Notes: generated by a model from the sequence alone, not told the origin. 64,000 bases of DNA from an uncultured Thermoleophilaceae bacterium (GCA_964597975.1 CAZRAA010000003.1:185-64184); one strand, 5' to 3'. Positions 47,504 through 57,746 are shown, counted from the stretch's first letter. Numbers and translations are program-made.

Positions 47504-47890
47504 TCAGCCGCGTTCGATCAGTTCGATCCGATAGTCGTCCGGGTCGCGCACAAAGCAGATCCGCGAGCCGCCTTCGCGCACCGAATACGGCGGCCGCTCC
47601 GGCTCGATGCCTGCCGAGGCAAGTTGCTCGAGTGTCGCATCCAGATTCTCGACGGTGAGCGCGATGTGGCCGTAGCCAGTGCCGATCTCGTATGAGTCGA
47701 CGCCGAAGTTGTAGGTCAATTCAAGCCGATCCCCGTCGCCCGGCAGTCCCATGAAGACGTTGATCGCCTCCTCTCGGATCGGCATCCGGCGCCGCTCTTC
47801 GAAACCGAGCTTCTCGTAGAACGCGACCGAGGCGTCGATGTCGGTGATTCGGTAACAGGTGTGGATCAGCTCACTCATAGCCGGCCACAC
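47504..47890 (-). CDS. gloA: Lactoylglutathione lyase / VOC (glyoxalase I) family protein
   Basis: HTCYRITDIDASVAFYEKLGFE...LELTYNFG...GYGHIALTV...ICFVRDPDDYRIELIE matches the glyoxalase I pattern. Confidence 0.8.
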   Translation of the reverse strand: MWPAMSELIHTCYRITDIDASVAFYEKLGFEERRRMPIREEAINVFMGLPGDGDRLELTYNFGVDSYEIGTGYGHIALTVENLDATLEQLASAGIEPERPPYSVREGGSRICFVRDPDDYRIELIERG

Positions 47891-47904
47891 TATCGGCGCG
47901 GGGG

Positions 47905-49545
47905 TTACTCAGAGCCGACGAGCTCGGGGTGCTCCTGCAAGTTGCGCTTGAGGATCTTGCCTGTGGCGTTGCGTGGGAGCTCGGTGAGGAAGAAGACGCT
48001 GCGCGGCACCTTGAAGTTGGCGAGGTGGGTCTTCACGTGGCCCTTGATCTCGTCTTCCTCGAGGTCTGAACCCTCGTTGGGCACGACAAACGCCACCAGG
48101 CGCGCGCCGAAGTCCTCGTCGTCGACACCGATCACCGCGACTTCGTAGACGCCCTCGTGGATCGCGATCGTGTCCTCGACTTCGATCGGGTAGACGTTCT
48201 CGCCGCCGGAGACGATCATCTCGTCGATTCGGCCGTCGATGAACAGGCGGCCGGCTTCATCGAGGTGGCCGACGTCACCGGTTCCGGCGAGATTGCCGAG
48301 CGCGTTGCGCTGCTCGCCGCCGGTGTAGCCCTCGAAGATCATTTCGTGCTGGACGAAGATCTGCCCGGTCTCGCCGGTCGGCACGTCTTCGCCGTTCTCG
48401 TCGAGGATCCGCAGCGTCGTACCGGTCGGCGCGCAACCGGCGGTGCCGGGGGCGGCGCGCATGTCTGCGGGGCTGGCGATCGCCGCCCAAGCGACTTCAG
48501 TCGAGCCGTAAAGGTTGTAGAGAACGTCGCCAAAGGTGTCCATGAACTTGATCGAGAGGTCGCCTTGCAGCGCCGAACCGCTGGCGCATACGGCGCGCAA
48601 CGAAGTGACGTTGTACTTGTGCGGATGCTCCTCGGCGACGTCGAGCATCCGCTGGAGCATCACCGGGACGACGATCTGCATGTCGATCTGCTCACGCTCG
48701 ATCGTCTGCAGCGCTTCCTCCGGATCGAAGCGCCGGCGCAGCACCGTGGTGCCGTTGAACATCACGTTGGCGGAGAAGTTGGAGAAGCCCCAGGCATGAA
48801 ACAGCGGAGCAGACACCAGCATGCGGTCACCGCGCCGGTAAGGAATCGTCGAGACGACCGCAAGCAGGTCCTTGAGACCCTTCGGTTCGGCGCGAGCAGC
48901 GCCCTTGGGCTTGCCGGTGGTCCCAGAGGTGAGAATGATCGTGCGACCGGTTCGCTCCGGGGCTTCCGGTTCAGTCGTCGGCTGGCCCTCGCGGAGCTGG
49001 TCGAGCGTGGCCAGCGGCGTGTTCGCGGCATCGTCATACCAGCCGATGAACGCCGGTCGGTCGCCAATACCGTCCTTCAGCAGTTCGTAGTACTCCTCGT
49101 CCATGATGACTGCGTCTGCGTTCTGGTCCTCGATCACCTGCACGAGCTGCGGGCCGGCGAACGCCGTGTTCAGCAGCAGGCCGTCGGCGCCGAGCTTGAG
49201 GGTTGAGACGAAGGCTTCGATGAAGTAGCGGCTGTTGCGGCAGAGGATCGCAACCCGGCTGCCCTCGCCCACGCCTGCCGCGGCGAGTCCGTGCGCAATC
49301 TGATTCGTGTGCTCGTGAACCTCGCGCTGGGTCAGTTCACCCTTCTCGTCGATGATCGCGATCTCATCGGGGACCACCTTGGCGTTGATCTTGTACCCGG
49401 CCGGCTGAGTTGGGCCGTACTTGTCCAGCGCACGCTTGATTTCAAGCAGCGCTGACGGTGGGAGCAAACGCACCATCTTGGTGTTGGCGACCGTCTTGGC
49501 AAGCTCCAGATAGCGCTTGCCGAAGGATCCTTTTGAGCCGCTCAA
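47905..49545 (-). CDS. AMP-dependent acyl-CoA synthetase/ligase
   Basis: AMP-binding motifs ILTSGTTGKPKGA, YGSTE, GDVGHLDEAGRLFIDGRIDEMI and the C-terminal PRNATGKILKR. TTG start overlaps the upstream stop. Confidence 0.85.
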   Translation of the reverse strand: MSGSKGSFGKRYLELAKTVANTKMVRLLPPSALLEIKRALDKYGPTQPAGYKINAKVVPDEIAIIDEKGELTQREVHEHTNQIAHGLAAAGVGEGSRVAILCRNSRYFIEAFVSTLKLGADGLLLNTAFAGPQLVQVIEDQNADAVIMDEEYYELLKDGIGDRPAFIGWYDDAANTPLATLDQLREGQPTTEPEAPERTGRTIILTSGTTGKPKGAARAEPKGLKDLLAVVSTIPYRRGDRMLVSAPLFHAWGFSNFSANVMFNGTTVLRRRFDPEEALQTIEREQIDMQIVVPVMLQRMLDVAEEHPHKYNVTSLRAVCASGSALQGDLSIKFMDTFGDVLYNLYGSTEVAWAAIASPADMRAAPGTAGCAPTGTTLRILDENGEDVPTGETGQIFVQHEMIFEGYTGGEQRNALGNLAGTGDVGHLDEAGRLFIDGRIDEMIVSGGENVYPIEVEDTIAIHEGVYEVAVIGVDDEDFGARLVAFVVPNEGSDLEEDEIKGHVKTHLANFKVPRSVFFLTELPRNATGKILKRNLQEHPELVGSE

Positions 49546-51233
49546 GACTTGCTCACCGTTGCCGCTGCTGCGGCAGCTTCGGCGCTCTCGGCCCGGATCG
49601 CAAAGCCACCGCTTGCCGTGGTGGCTTCGACTTTGGGCGGGACGGCGGTCATCGCGTGCTCAGTGATCGCCGTGATCGTGAGGCTGGGGTTCACCCCGGG
49701 GTTGGCCGGCATCGCCGAACCATCGCAGATCAAGAGATTGTCGTACCCGAAAGCGCGGTTGAAGTGATCGACCACGCCGGTGTTGGCGTCCCGGCCGATC
49801 ACCGCGCCGCCGAGAAAGTGAGCCGTCGTCGGGACGTTGGCGAGCACCTCTGTGAGACCGCTCTGGGGCACACCGCCCATGCGCTTGGCCGCGAGTTCGG
49901 CGGCCTTGTTGGCGGCCGGGATGAAACGCGGATTGGGGTTGTCGGCGTCTTCCTCCGTGGTCAGGCGCCAGCCGCCGAACGGGTTCTTCTTCGGCTTGAG
50001 CGAGAGCGAGTTGTCGAGAGTCTGCATCACGAGGAGAATCACCGTACGGCGCGACCAATGGTAGGCGCCGAGCAGACGCAGGGCCTGGAGCGGGTGGCGG
50101 AAGAGTACGCCGAAGAAGCGCAGTGGACGCGTCAGCTTGTTGCCCTCGCCCGTCAGCAGGGTGAAGTTGCGGCCCATCCAGTCGCCGCCGTCGCCGTAGG
50201 TGACGTTCTCGATATGCGTGTTCTCATCAGGGAAGAAGCTGGAGCTGATGGCGACCGATGTGCCGTAGTGCACGTCGTCGTCCTTGGCGGTGACGGCGAG
50301 AATCGCTTCGCTGTTGGTGCGAACCAGCTCGCCGAGACGATGCGAGAGGCGCGGAAGCGAGCCGCCCAGCTTGCAGTTGAAGAGCAGCTTGTTGGTGCCG
50401 TAGGTTCCCGAGGAGACGACGACCCCCCGCGCACGCTCGGTGCGCCGGCCCTTGAAGAGCCATGCGCCTGTCTTGACTGTCGTCACCTCGTAACCGGCCG
50501 ATCCGTCGCGGCGGCCTGCTTCCCCGCGGATCGGCTTGATGTCGACGACGGTGCGCATCGGTTCGATCTTCACCCCCAGCTTCTCAGCAAACCAGAGGTA
50601 GTTCTTCACCAGCGTGTTCTTGGCGTTGTGGCGGCAGCCGATCATGCATGCGCCGCAGGCGCGGCACGCGGCACGCGGGGGTCCTTCGCCGCCGAAGTAG
50701 GGATCGGGAACGGTTTCTCCGACGCGGTCGCGATCGCCGAAGTAGACACCTACGCGGGTCTTCTTGTAGGTGTCGGCGACGCCGAAGTCTTCTGAGAGAC
50801 CCTTGATGATGTCGTCGGCAGGCTGCGAGAGCGGCACCTCGTTGACCCCGAGCATGTACTCGGCGGTGTCGTAATGCGGCTGGAGGACGTCTTCCCAGTC
50901 TTCGATTCCGGCCCACTGCCGGTCGGCGAAGAAGCGAGGGCGCGCGCGATACAGCGTGTTGGCGTAACCGAGGCTGCCGCCGCCGACCCCGCTGCCCGAG
51001 AGCACGGTCACGTCCTTGAAGAACGTCATGCGGAAGATGCCGTACATCTTCATCGTCGGGCGCCAGAAGTACTTGTGCGGCTGCTTGGCGACGCTTTCGG
51101 CGAAGTCGCTGTCCTCAAAACGACGCCCGCACTCAAGGATCTTGACGTCGTAGCCCTTCTCGGCGAGGCGGAGCGCGGAGACGCTGCCGCCGAAGCCTGA
51201 GCCGACGATGATCCAGTCGTGGTCGTATTTCAT
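49542..51233 (-). CDS. GMC-family FAD oxidoreductase (cholesterol-oxidase-like)
   Basis: Start trimmed to ATG 51233. MKYDHDWIIVGSGFGGSVSALRLAEKGYDVKILECG is the GxGxxG FAD fold. The C-terminal HFLGGAVIG...NLLICDGSAMPANPGVNPSLTI is the GMC signature. Confidence 0.85.
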   Translation of the reverse strand: MKYDHDWIIVGSGFGGSVSALRLAEKGYDVKILECGRRFEDSDFAESVAKQPHKYFWRPTMKMYGIFRMTFFKDVTVLSGSGVGGGSLGYANTLYRARPRFFADRQWAGIEDWEDVLQPHYDTAEYMLGVNEVPLSQPADDIIKGLSEDFGVADTYKKTRVGVYFGDRDRVGETVPDPYFGGEGPPRAACRACGACMIGCRHNAKNTLVKNYLWFAEKLGVKIEPMRTVVDIKPIRGEAGRRDGSAGYEVTTVKTGAWLFKGRRTERARGVVVSSGTYGTNKLLFNCKLGGSLPRLSHRLGELVRTNSEAILAVTAKDDDVHYGTSVAISSSFFPDENTHIENVTYGDGGDWMGRNFTLLTGEGNKLTRPLRFFGVLFRHPLQALRLLGAYHWSRRTVILLVMQTLDNSLSLKPKKNPFGGWRLTTEEDADNPNPRFIPAANKAAELAAKRMGGVPQSGLTEVLANVPTTAHFLGGAVIGRDANTGVVDHFNRAFGYDNLLICDGSAMPANPGVNPSLTITAITEHAMTAVPPKVEATTASGGFAIRAESAEAAAAAATVSKS

Positions 51234-51382
51234 CGTTGTGAGGGAATTACCGCGGAGATGATTCGGATCCGGCTGCGCAAAACGGACTTCACGCGCCGTC
51301 CGAACTCGCAAGATTCTACCCCCGGGGAGCGCATTACGCCACTCGGCGGTAACAAACACTCACTTTGAGGTATTCCGGTGAA

Positions 51383-52894
51383 TCAGCGGCCGCTGCGCGC
51401 GAACGGGCGCCCGGCGGAAGCCAGCAGCACGTAGCTGTAGAGCATCAGAGATTGGTGCTTCAGGTAGAAGAGATCGCTCGAGAACTCCTCCGCCGGGCCG
51501 TCCTCGTGGTGGATCTGCGCCCAGCCCGTGAGGCCCGGGCGGAGCATCTGCCGGCGGCCGTAGAAGGGGATCTCCTGCTCGCGCTCGGCGAGGTCGCGTG
51601 GGTGGATCGGTCGCGGGCCGACGAGCGTCACGTCTCCGCGCAGCAGGTTGATCAGCACCGGAAGCCGTTCGATTCCCGAGCGTCTGAGCACTCGGCCAAA
51701 GCCGACGGCAGGCGCATCTTCTTCGGGCGGAGCTCCGGTGACCTCTCGCCGGGCGACGCGGAAGCGCCAGAGGCCAATTGCTCGACCGCGCTCGCCTACC
51801 CGGCGACGCGAGACGAGCACGGGGCGTCCGAAGAAGATGCGCATGAACAGCGCGGTGGGCGCCCAGAGCGGGAGTGTCAGCAGGCCGACCGAAATCGCCA
51901 AGGCGATGTCGACTGCGCGGGTGACGATGCGCGGCGCCGGGCGGAAGCGCGGGTGCATGATGTGCTGAAACCAGGCGACGTTCAAGTGGTCGAGCGGAAC
52001 GCGGCGAAAGACGGTCTCCTCGTAGGCAGTCAGGGAGAGCAGGCGGGTGCGGTAGCGCTCGGTGCAGACCGCAGCACGCTCGAAGTACTTCATGCGGTCG
52101 TCGTGCGCCGCCATCAGCAACAGGTCGATGTCGTTGCGCGCGACGATGTGCGAGAGGTCCGAGAGCAGGCCCAGGCGGCGCACCTTGAACGAGACGTGGC
52201 TGAGATCCCGCAGATTGTCGCGCTCGGACGTGCGGGTCACGTAGCCGACAATCGTGAAGCGCCGCTGTCCCGAGGCCGAGAGCTGCCAGGCGAGGTCATG
52301 CGCGATAGCGGCGTCGCCTAGGACAGCGATCCGCGTGTGCACAAAACGATCGACAATCAGGCGCAACAGCAGCGCGGCGGCGGCACCCGCGGCGAGCGCG
52401 ACGAGTCCGGCGGAAATCGCGTGAATACTCGAGGTCGGCAATACAGCGTAGGTCAGGGCGGTTGCTCCGATCGCTGCGGCAAGCGGCGAGATCGCGCTGA
52501 TCTCAGTGTCGGTGAGCGCGCTGCGGCGCCCCTGCGCGCGGATCAGCAGAACGAGCAGCGCCGTGCCGATGAAGACCGCAAGACTCCCCGCGAAGGCGGC
52601 AGCGGCGACTGGCCCGACCATCGCGGCGGCGAAGTCGCCGAGCGTCGACGCGGTCGTCGGGTCGATCGTGACGCCGCCGTCGCGCTCTTCCTCGTCACCG
52701 TCGCCGTCGACGACGGTGAAGGCGTGCTCGGGGACCGCGGCGGCCATCGCTTCGGCGTCGGCGAATGCCTGGGAGCGCCGAGTTCCGGGCGCGCGCACTA
52801 TCGGCGCTCCGGCGATCGACTCACTGGAGCCGGCGATCGAGCGCCGGGTCTTGTCAATTGTCGCGTTGGCGTCTGAGCCGTCAGACGATGGCAT
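51383..52894 (-). CDS. Polyprenyl-phosphate sugar phosphotransferase (WbaP/EpsB-like exopolysaccharide priming enzyme)
   Basis: C-terminal bacterial sugar-transferase domain (RPVLVSRRRVGERGRAIGLWRFR...INLLRGDVTLVGPRP...RQMLRPGLTGWAQI). The N-terminus is trimmed to ATG 52894 because the long ORF (to 53074) would overlap the tRNA-Pro; the start is uncertain. Confidence 0.8.
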   Translation of the reverse strand: MPSSDGSDANATIDKTRRSIAGSSESIAGAPIVRAPGTRRSQAFADAEAMAAAVPEHAFTVVDGDGDEEERDGGVTIDPTTASTLGDFAAAMVGPVAAAAFAGSLAVFIGTALLVLLIRAQGRRSALTDTEISAISPLAAAIGATALTYAVLPTSSIHAISAGLVALAAGAAAALLLRLIVDRFVHTRIAVLGDAAIAHDLAWQLSASGQRRFTIVGYVTRTSERDNLRDLSHVSFKVRRLGLLSDLSHIVARNDIDLLLMAAHDDRMKYFERAAVCTERYRTRLLSLTAYEETVFRRVPLDHLNVAWFQHIMHPRFRPAPRIVTRAVDIALAISVGLLTLPLWAPTALFMRIFFGRPVLVSRRRVGERGRAIGLWRFRVARREVTGAPPEEDAPAVGFGRVLRRSGIERLPVLINLLRGDVTLVGPRPIHPRDLAEREQEIPFYGRRQMLRPGLTGWAQIHHEDGPAEEFSSDLFYLKHQSLMLYSYVLLASAGRPFARSGR

Positions 52895-53046
52895 TGCAGT
52901 TCCAGACTTGAAGATTTCTGACCAGCGAGCAACTACCGAGTTTGCTGCCTTGGCTCCAACGTACCACGGGGTAACGGATTCAGCAAATGCGCGAAATGCG
53001 GAAATTGCGGTGTCGCCGGACGCGCGGCGTAAGATCGGTGCAACGT

Positions 53047-53120
<74 letters not shown>

Positions 53121-53146
53121 TTCGTTTTGGCTGGGGTTGAGCCGGT

Positions 53147-53194
53147 GAAGTTCTCTCGTCCTCGGCGCTTTGCGCCTGCGGGCGAGAGAGCTTC
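53147..53194 (+). terminator. Long interrupted hairpin (15 bp + 5 bp) downstream of tRNA-Pro; possible U-tail-less terminator or processing structure
   Basis: GAAGTTCTCTCGTCC (53147-61) pairs with GGGCGAGAGAGCTTC (53180-94), including two T:G pairs that work only as G:U in a plus-strand RNA. Inner stem GGCGC-TTT-GCGCC. Confidence 0.35.
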
Positions 53195-53284
53195 CCCGAC
53201 TCTCTACGGCGCTGGGGTGGGGTGGCTGGGATTGCTTCAGCTCTCGGGAGAGAGTTTTCTTCGGTTGCTGGCTAGGTTCGGGGA

Positions 53285-54214
53285 GTGCACTCTTTGTTGA
53301 CTGCTGTTGAGATGGGGTCTGTCTCGCCGCCGATGTTGGTTGTACTTGCGCTCGTGACTTACGGGTACTTCCGGCGCGTCGCTTTGCTTGCGCCTGACCC
53401 GCGGCGGCGAGTGTCGGGTTGGCGGCAGTTTTCTTTTGGTTGTTCGATCTTCATTCTTGTGGTGGAGCCGATCTCGCCCTTGGGGGCTTGGGATGACCGG
53501 TCGTTCACGGTTCACATGATCGAGCACTTGACGATCGGGGACCTGGCTTCGCTGCTGATGGTGCTCGGACTCACGGGTCCGCTGATCCAGCCGTTGATGC
53601 GCAACCCCGTCGTTCATTTCATTCGCCCGCTGACCGAACCGATCCCGGCATTCGTGCTCTGGGTGGGCAACCTCTACTTCTGGCATCTTCCGTTCGCGAT
53701 GGACGCCGCCGTCGGCAGCGACTACCTGCATGTGCTGCAGCACATCTGTTTCTTCTCGGTCGGCTTCAACGTCTGGATGGCGCTGTTTGGTCCGCTGCCC
53801 AAGCCCGAGTGGTTCGGCAACATTGCCAAGCTCGTCTACATCGTGCTGCTGCGCATGAGTTCGATGGCGCTTGGCAACTTCTTGATCTTCAGCGGCTCGC
53901 TCTTCTACTCGTCGTATCGGTTTGCCGAGAATCCGCTGGGCATGGCGCCAGTTGCCGACCAGAGCATCGCCGGCGCGGTGATGATGGCCGAGGGCTCGAT
54001 CGTCACCTTCATTCTCGCCTCGGTCCTCTTCTTTAGAGCGGCCAGTGAAGGGGAGGAGAGCCAGCAGTTGATCGAACACGCCGAGGAGCACGGAGTCGAG
54101 CTCTCACAATCAAGGAGCGATCGCGCGGCCGCGGCCGGCACGGGCGAATTCTTGCGTGAACGCATTTCTGCCGGCGGGACCCTTGACAAGGACCCCCCGC
54201 CCGACGTATCCTGA
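53285..54214 (+). CDS. Cytochrome c oxidase assembly factor CtaG-like membrane protein (Caa3_CtaG family)
   Basis: Polytopic membrane protein with FTVHMIEHLTIGDLASLLMVLG, WHLP, LQHICFFSVGFNVWM and DQSIAGAVMM, as in Bacillus-type CtaG. GTG start. Confidence 0.7.
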   Translation: MHSLLTAVEMGSVSPPMLVVLALVTYGYFRRVALLAPDPRRRVSGWRQFSFGCSIFILVVEPISPLGAWDDRSFTVHMIEHLTIGDLASLLMVLGLTGPLIQPLMRNPVVHFIRPLTEPIPAFVLWVGNLYFWHLPFAMDAAVGSDYLHVLQHICFFSVGFNVWMALFGPLPKPEWFGNIAKLVYIVLLRMSSMALGNFLIFSGSLFYSSYRFAENPLGMAPVADQSIAGAVMMAEGSIVTFILASVLFFRAASEGEESQQLIEHAEEHGVELSQSRSDRAAAAGTGEFLRERISAGGTLDKDPPPDVS

Positions 54215-54294
54215 CGCAAGCTTGAAATGGCCGCTCGGTCCTCGCGAGAAGCGCGGATGGCCCCAAGCGCTTCGAACAAAGGACTGGACCCACG

Positions 54295-54711
54295 GTGGCC
54301 GCAATCTCGGCTAATTCGCGCGCACTCGGCGCGCTTCTCACAACTCTCGCCTGTGCCCTGCTGCTGGTTGCGGCTCCGGTTTCCCACGCCGAAGCGACCG
54401 CCCCGGCGGCAGAACCTGCCGGAAGCGTTGAGCAGCTCGGTGCCGACCCGACTGTCCGCATCACCCGGCACCGGCACTGCGTGAGCACCAAGGCCAGCTT
54501 CCGCCCGCGTTACACCGGCGGCGGCGGACTCGTTGCCACCTACCTCTTTGTCAACGGGGCAAAAGTCGCCGAGCGACGTTCGGCCGGCTCGATCCGTATC
54601 TCGGCCGGTCGCCTTGCGCGTGGTGCCAACAGCTTCGAGCTGATCAGCGAGTTCGCCGACGGCCGCGCCGCAAGCGTCGTTGGCAACCTGCGCCGCTGCG
54701 GACGCCACTGA
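54295..54711 (+). CDS. Secreted hypothetical protein (Ig-like beta-sandwich character)
   Basis: Signal peptide ...LLTTLACALLLVAAPVSHA; small and beta-rich; no known motif. Confidence 0.5.
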   Translation: MAAISANSRALGALLTTLACALLLVAAPVSHAEATAPAAEPAGSVEQLGADPTVRITRHRHCVSTKASFRPRYTGGGGLVATYLFVNGAKVAERRSAGSIRISAGRLARGANSFELISEFADGRAASVVGNLRRCGRH

Positions 54712-54717
54712 GAGATC

Positions 54718-55830
54718 TCAGCGCCAAGCGGCGTCGGCCAGTCGCACGACTTGGCCAGCGCGTTCTTCGAGCGGCTGATTGCGGCCGTCAAAATCGACGA
54801 CGTTGACATGGCCGAGCTTGCGGCCCGCGCGCGGCTCCTTGTCGTATAGGTGCACGTGCGCGCCGCGCACTTCGAGCAGCTCGCCGAGCGGCGGCATCTC
54901 GCCGACGAGGTTGACCATCACGGTCGGAACGATCGGGGCGGCGGCGCCGACCGGCAGGCCGAGCACCGCCCGCACGTGATTCTCGAATTGCGATGTGCCG
55001 GCGCCGTCGAGCGTCCAGTGGCCGCTGTTGTGGACACGCGGCGCGATCTCATTCACAATCAGCTGATCTGACGCCACGAAGTACTCGACCGCGAGCGTGC
55101 CGACGTGCTCGAGTTCCTCGGCGATCGCCAGGGCATGTTCGACTGCCTGATCGCAGATCGGCTGAGCCACATTCGCCGCCGGCGCTGTGCTGGTGTGCAG
55201 GATTCCAGAGCGGTGGACGTTCTCGGCCGGCGGGTATGCCATCGCCGTGCCATCGGCCGAGCGCACGACGATCGCCGAGATCTCAAGGTCGAAGTCGACG
55301 ACCCCTTCCACGATTGACGGCGCGTCCTCCATCGATTTCCAGGCGTGCGTGGCATCGTCCGGGCTCTGGATCCGGGCCTGACCCTTTCCGTCGTAGCCGA
55401 AGCGACGGGTCTTGACGATCGCTGGAGTGCCAAGGGCGGCCAGCGCCTCCTCGAGCTCGGCCAGCGACCCGACGGATCGGTACGGCGCCACCATCAGGTC
55501 CAGTGCCTCAAATGTGCGCTTCTCGAGCAGCCGGTCCTGACTGACCTCGAGCGATCGCGGGGACGGTGCGAGCGACGCATGCTGGGCGATCGCCTCCAGT
55601 GCGGGCGCTGGGACGTTCTCAAATTCAAACGTGACGACATCACTCCACTGGGCAAGCGCGGTGAGCGCGTCGAGGTCGTCGTAGGCGGCGACCACCTGCT
55701 CTGCGGCCACCTGGGCGCCGGCGTCCGCGGCGGGGTCGATGAACCGGCAGCTGACGCCGAGCGGCGCGGCTGCCAGCGCCAGCATCCGACCGAGCTGACC
55801 GCCGCCGACGATGCCGAGGCGAGCGCTCAT
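54718..55830 (-). CDS. purK: 5-(carboxyamino)imidazole ribonucleotide synthase
   Basis: LGIVGGGQLGRMLALAA...ATP-grasp core PAIVKTRRFGYDGKGQ...NEIAPRVHNSGHWT...GRKLGHV. Lies immediately downstream of purE. Confidence 0.9.
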   Translation of the reverse strand: MSARLGIVGGGQLGRMLALAAAPLGVSCRFIDPAADAGAQVAAEQVVAAYDDLDALTALAQWSDVVTFEFENVPAPALEAIAQHASLAPSPRSLEVSQDRLLEKRTFEALDLMVAPYRSVGSLAELEEALAALGTPAIVKTRRFGYDGKGQARIQSPDDATHAWKSMEDAPSIVEGVVDFDLEISAIVVRSADGTAMAYPPAENVHRSGILHTSTAPAANVAQPICDQAVEHALAIAEELEHVGTLAVEYFVASDQLIVNEIAPRVHNSGHWTLDGAGTSQFENHVRAVLGLPVGAAAPIVPTVMVNLVGEMPPLGELLEVRGAHVHLYDKEPRAGRKLGHVNVVDFDGRNQPLEERAGQVVRLADAAWR

Positions 55831-55837
55831 GCGCTAA

Positions 55838-56371
55838 TCAGCCCCGATCCGGCTCTTGGGCGACGCTTGCCGTGGCTTGCGCGCGGCGCGCCTCAAGAGC
55901 CGCGAGCAATTCCGGGCGTGACCCGGCAACGATCGCGGCCGCCAGCAGCGCGGCGTTGGTCGCTCCGGCTTCACCGATCGCGAGGGTCCCGACCGGAACG
56001 CCGGCAGGCATCTGGGCGATCGAGAGCAGGGAGTCAATCCCGCTCAGCGCACGAGACTGGACTGGCACGCCGAGCACCGGCACAGAAGTCTTCGCCGCTG
56101 CCATCCCGGGCAGGTGGGCCGCACCGCCGGCACCGGCGATGATCACCTCGATGCCGCGTTCACGTGCGGCCGACGCGTACTCGAACAAGCGGTCGGGCGT
56201 GCGGTGCGCGGAGACGATCTTGACCTCGTGCGGGACGCCGAGCTCCTCGAGCACGGCGGCCGCCAGAGACATGGTCTGCCAGTCGGACTGGGAGCCCATG
56301 ATCACGCCGACGATCGGCGCCTTGGCGTTGTCCTGTGGAGTCTGCACGGGCTCGCTCACGACTGGCCGCAA
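55838..56371 (-). CDS. purE: 5-(carboxyamino)imidazole ribonucleotide mutase
   Basis: [14 protein letters not shown]...[10 protein letters not shown]...[23 protein letters not shown] are PurE signatures. Confidence 0.9.
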   Translation of the reverse strand: MRPVVSEPVQTPQDNAKAPIVGVIMGSQSDWQTMSLAAAVLEELGVPHEVKIVSAHRTPDRLFEYASAARERGIEVIIAGAGGAAHLPGMAAAKTSVPVLGVPVQSRALSGIDSLLSIAQMPAGVPVGTLAIGEAGATNAALLAAAIVAGSRPELLAALEARRAQATASVAQEPDRG

Positions 56372-56441
56372 GATAACATGAGCGGCCCATCCGTCCTTGC
56401 CAATCGTCCCGCGCGTTGCGCCATCCGAGGTGGTTCACGAA

Positions 56442-56939
56442 ATGAAGTCCAAGTCCGTCATGTTGCTCGCCCTGGCCGCACTTGCGCTGTCGATCTTCGC
56501 CGGCTGCGCGCAGGACAGCACCAACACCACTGACGACAACCCGGCGATGCAGGAAGAAGTGGCCAAGGAGAAGGCGGGCGAGCCGACGGGCCCGGCGAGC
56601 ACCAATCCGACGCGTGAGGGGAAGGCCGGCGCTTCCGGAGGCACCAAGGGCACCAAGCTTTCGCTCGCAGCAGATCCCAGCGGCGCGCTCAAGTTCAACA
56701 CCAAGAAGCTGGCCGCCAACGCCGGCGCGATCACGATCGCGTTGACCAATGAGTCCGCCGTGCCGCACGACGTGTCGGTCCGCGACTCGGGCGACAAGGT
56801 CCTCGGCGAGAGCAAAGAGGTCACCAAGGGCAGCACCGATCTCGTGATCAAGGACGTCGGCGCGGGCACCTACACGTTCTTCTGCACCGTCCCCGGCCAC
56901 GAGCAGGCCGGGATGGTCGGCACCCTCACCGTCCGGTGA
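56442..56939 (+). CDS. Cupredoxin (plastocyanin/azurin-like) type-1 copper lipoprotein
   Basis: Start trimmed to ATG 56442. Lipobox LSIFAGCAQ. Cu ligands VPHDV ... FFCTVPGHEQAGMVG (C-x2-H-x4-M). Confidence 0.8.
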   Translation: MKSKSVMLLALAALALSIFAGCAQDSTNTTDDNPAMQEEVAKEKAGEPTGPASTNPTREGKAGASGGTKGTKLSLAADPSGALKFNTKKLAANAGAITIALTNESAVPHDVSVRDSGDKVLGESKEVTKGSTDLVIKDVGAGTYTFFCTVPGHEQAGMVGTLTVR

Positions 56940-57718
56940 ACCCGGCGCCGTCAGACGGCGCCCTGCTGGCCGCGTGTTACCGCGGCATCGAACCTTTCCT
57001 GCGGCTCTGCGGCGACTCCGAGGGCGGATCGCTCCACGAACACGACGGCGCGGTCTCGGCGCTCGCGCCGATGATCCCGCTGGCCTCGCTCTTCAACGCG
57101 ACGCTGCACGACCGCGATCGGCCCGAGACGCTCGCCGGCGCGCTTGATGCGATGTGGAGTGTCTACGACGAATCTCCGGTGATGCGCTGGAGTGCGTGGA
57201 TCGTCGAGGGCGACAGCGACGCCGAGGCGATCGCTCGCGGTCGCGGCATGTCGGTCGATTCGCGGCCCCTGGCGATGGGCGCAGAGCTCGACACCCTCGA
57301 TCTGGAGACGAGCACCGACTGTGTCGTTGAGCGATGGGATCTCGCCAGCGCGGCTCGGATCAACGAGCGGGCCTATGGCGTTCCCGACGGATTGTTCGGC
57401 GCTGCAGCCGCAGCCCCGCAACTCCCGGGCGCGCGTTGCTTTCTCGCGTCGGCAGAAGGCGGCGAGCCGGTTGCGGTGGTCGTCTCGCTCCCCAACGGCG
57501 AGGACTGCGGCATCTACTGGGTTGCAAGCGAGCCGGCGGCGCAGGGCGGCGGCTTTGCGAAGGCGGCGATGACGGCGGCGCTCGAGGCCGCGCGAAGCGA
57601 CGGTTTCGTCACCAGCACGTTGCAGGCGTCGGCCGCGGGGGTTCCGCTCTACACGAAGCTCGGCTACCGGGATCTTGGCGCTGCGATCAATCTCTGGCAG
57701 TACACGCGCTTCGCGTGA
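56936..57718 (+). CDS. GNAT-family N-acetyltransferase
   Basis: C-terminal acetyl-CoA binding region AAQGGGFAKAAMTAALEAARSDGFVTSTLQASAAGVPLYTKLGYR. GTGA overlap with the upstream stop. Confidence 0.7.
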   Translation: MNPAPSDGALLAACYRGIEPFLRLCGDSEGGSLHEHDGAVSALAPMIPLASLFNATLHDRDRPETLAGALDAMWSVYDESPVMRWSAWIVEGDSDAEAIARGRGMSVDSRPLAMGAELDTLDLETSTDCVVERWDLASAARINERAYGVPDGLFGAAAAAPQLPGARCFLASAEGGEPVAVVVSLPNGEDCGIYWVASEPAAQGGGFAKAAMTAALEAARSDGFVTSTLQASAAGVPLYTKLGYRDLGAAINLWQYTRFA

Positions 57719-57746
57719 ATCCGAACGTGCGCGCCGGCGGTTAAAC

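Noticed and set aside
53241-53260. Small hairpin CTCTC-GGGA-GAGAG followed by TTTTCTT just upstream of ctaG
   Set aside because: The stem is only 5 bp (7 with a wobble), which is too weak to call a terminator or attenuator with any confidence.
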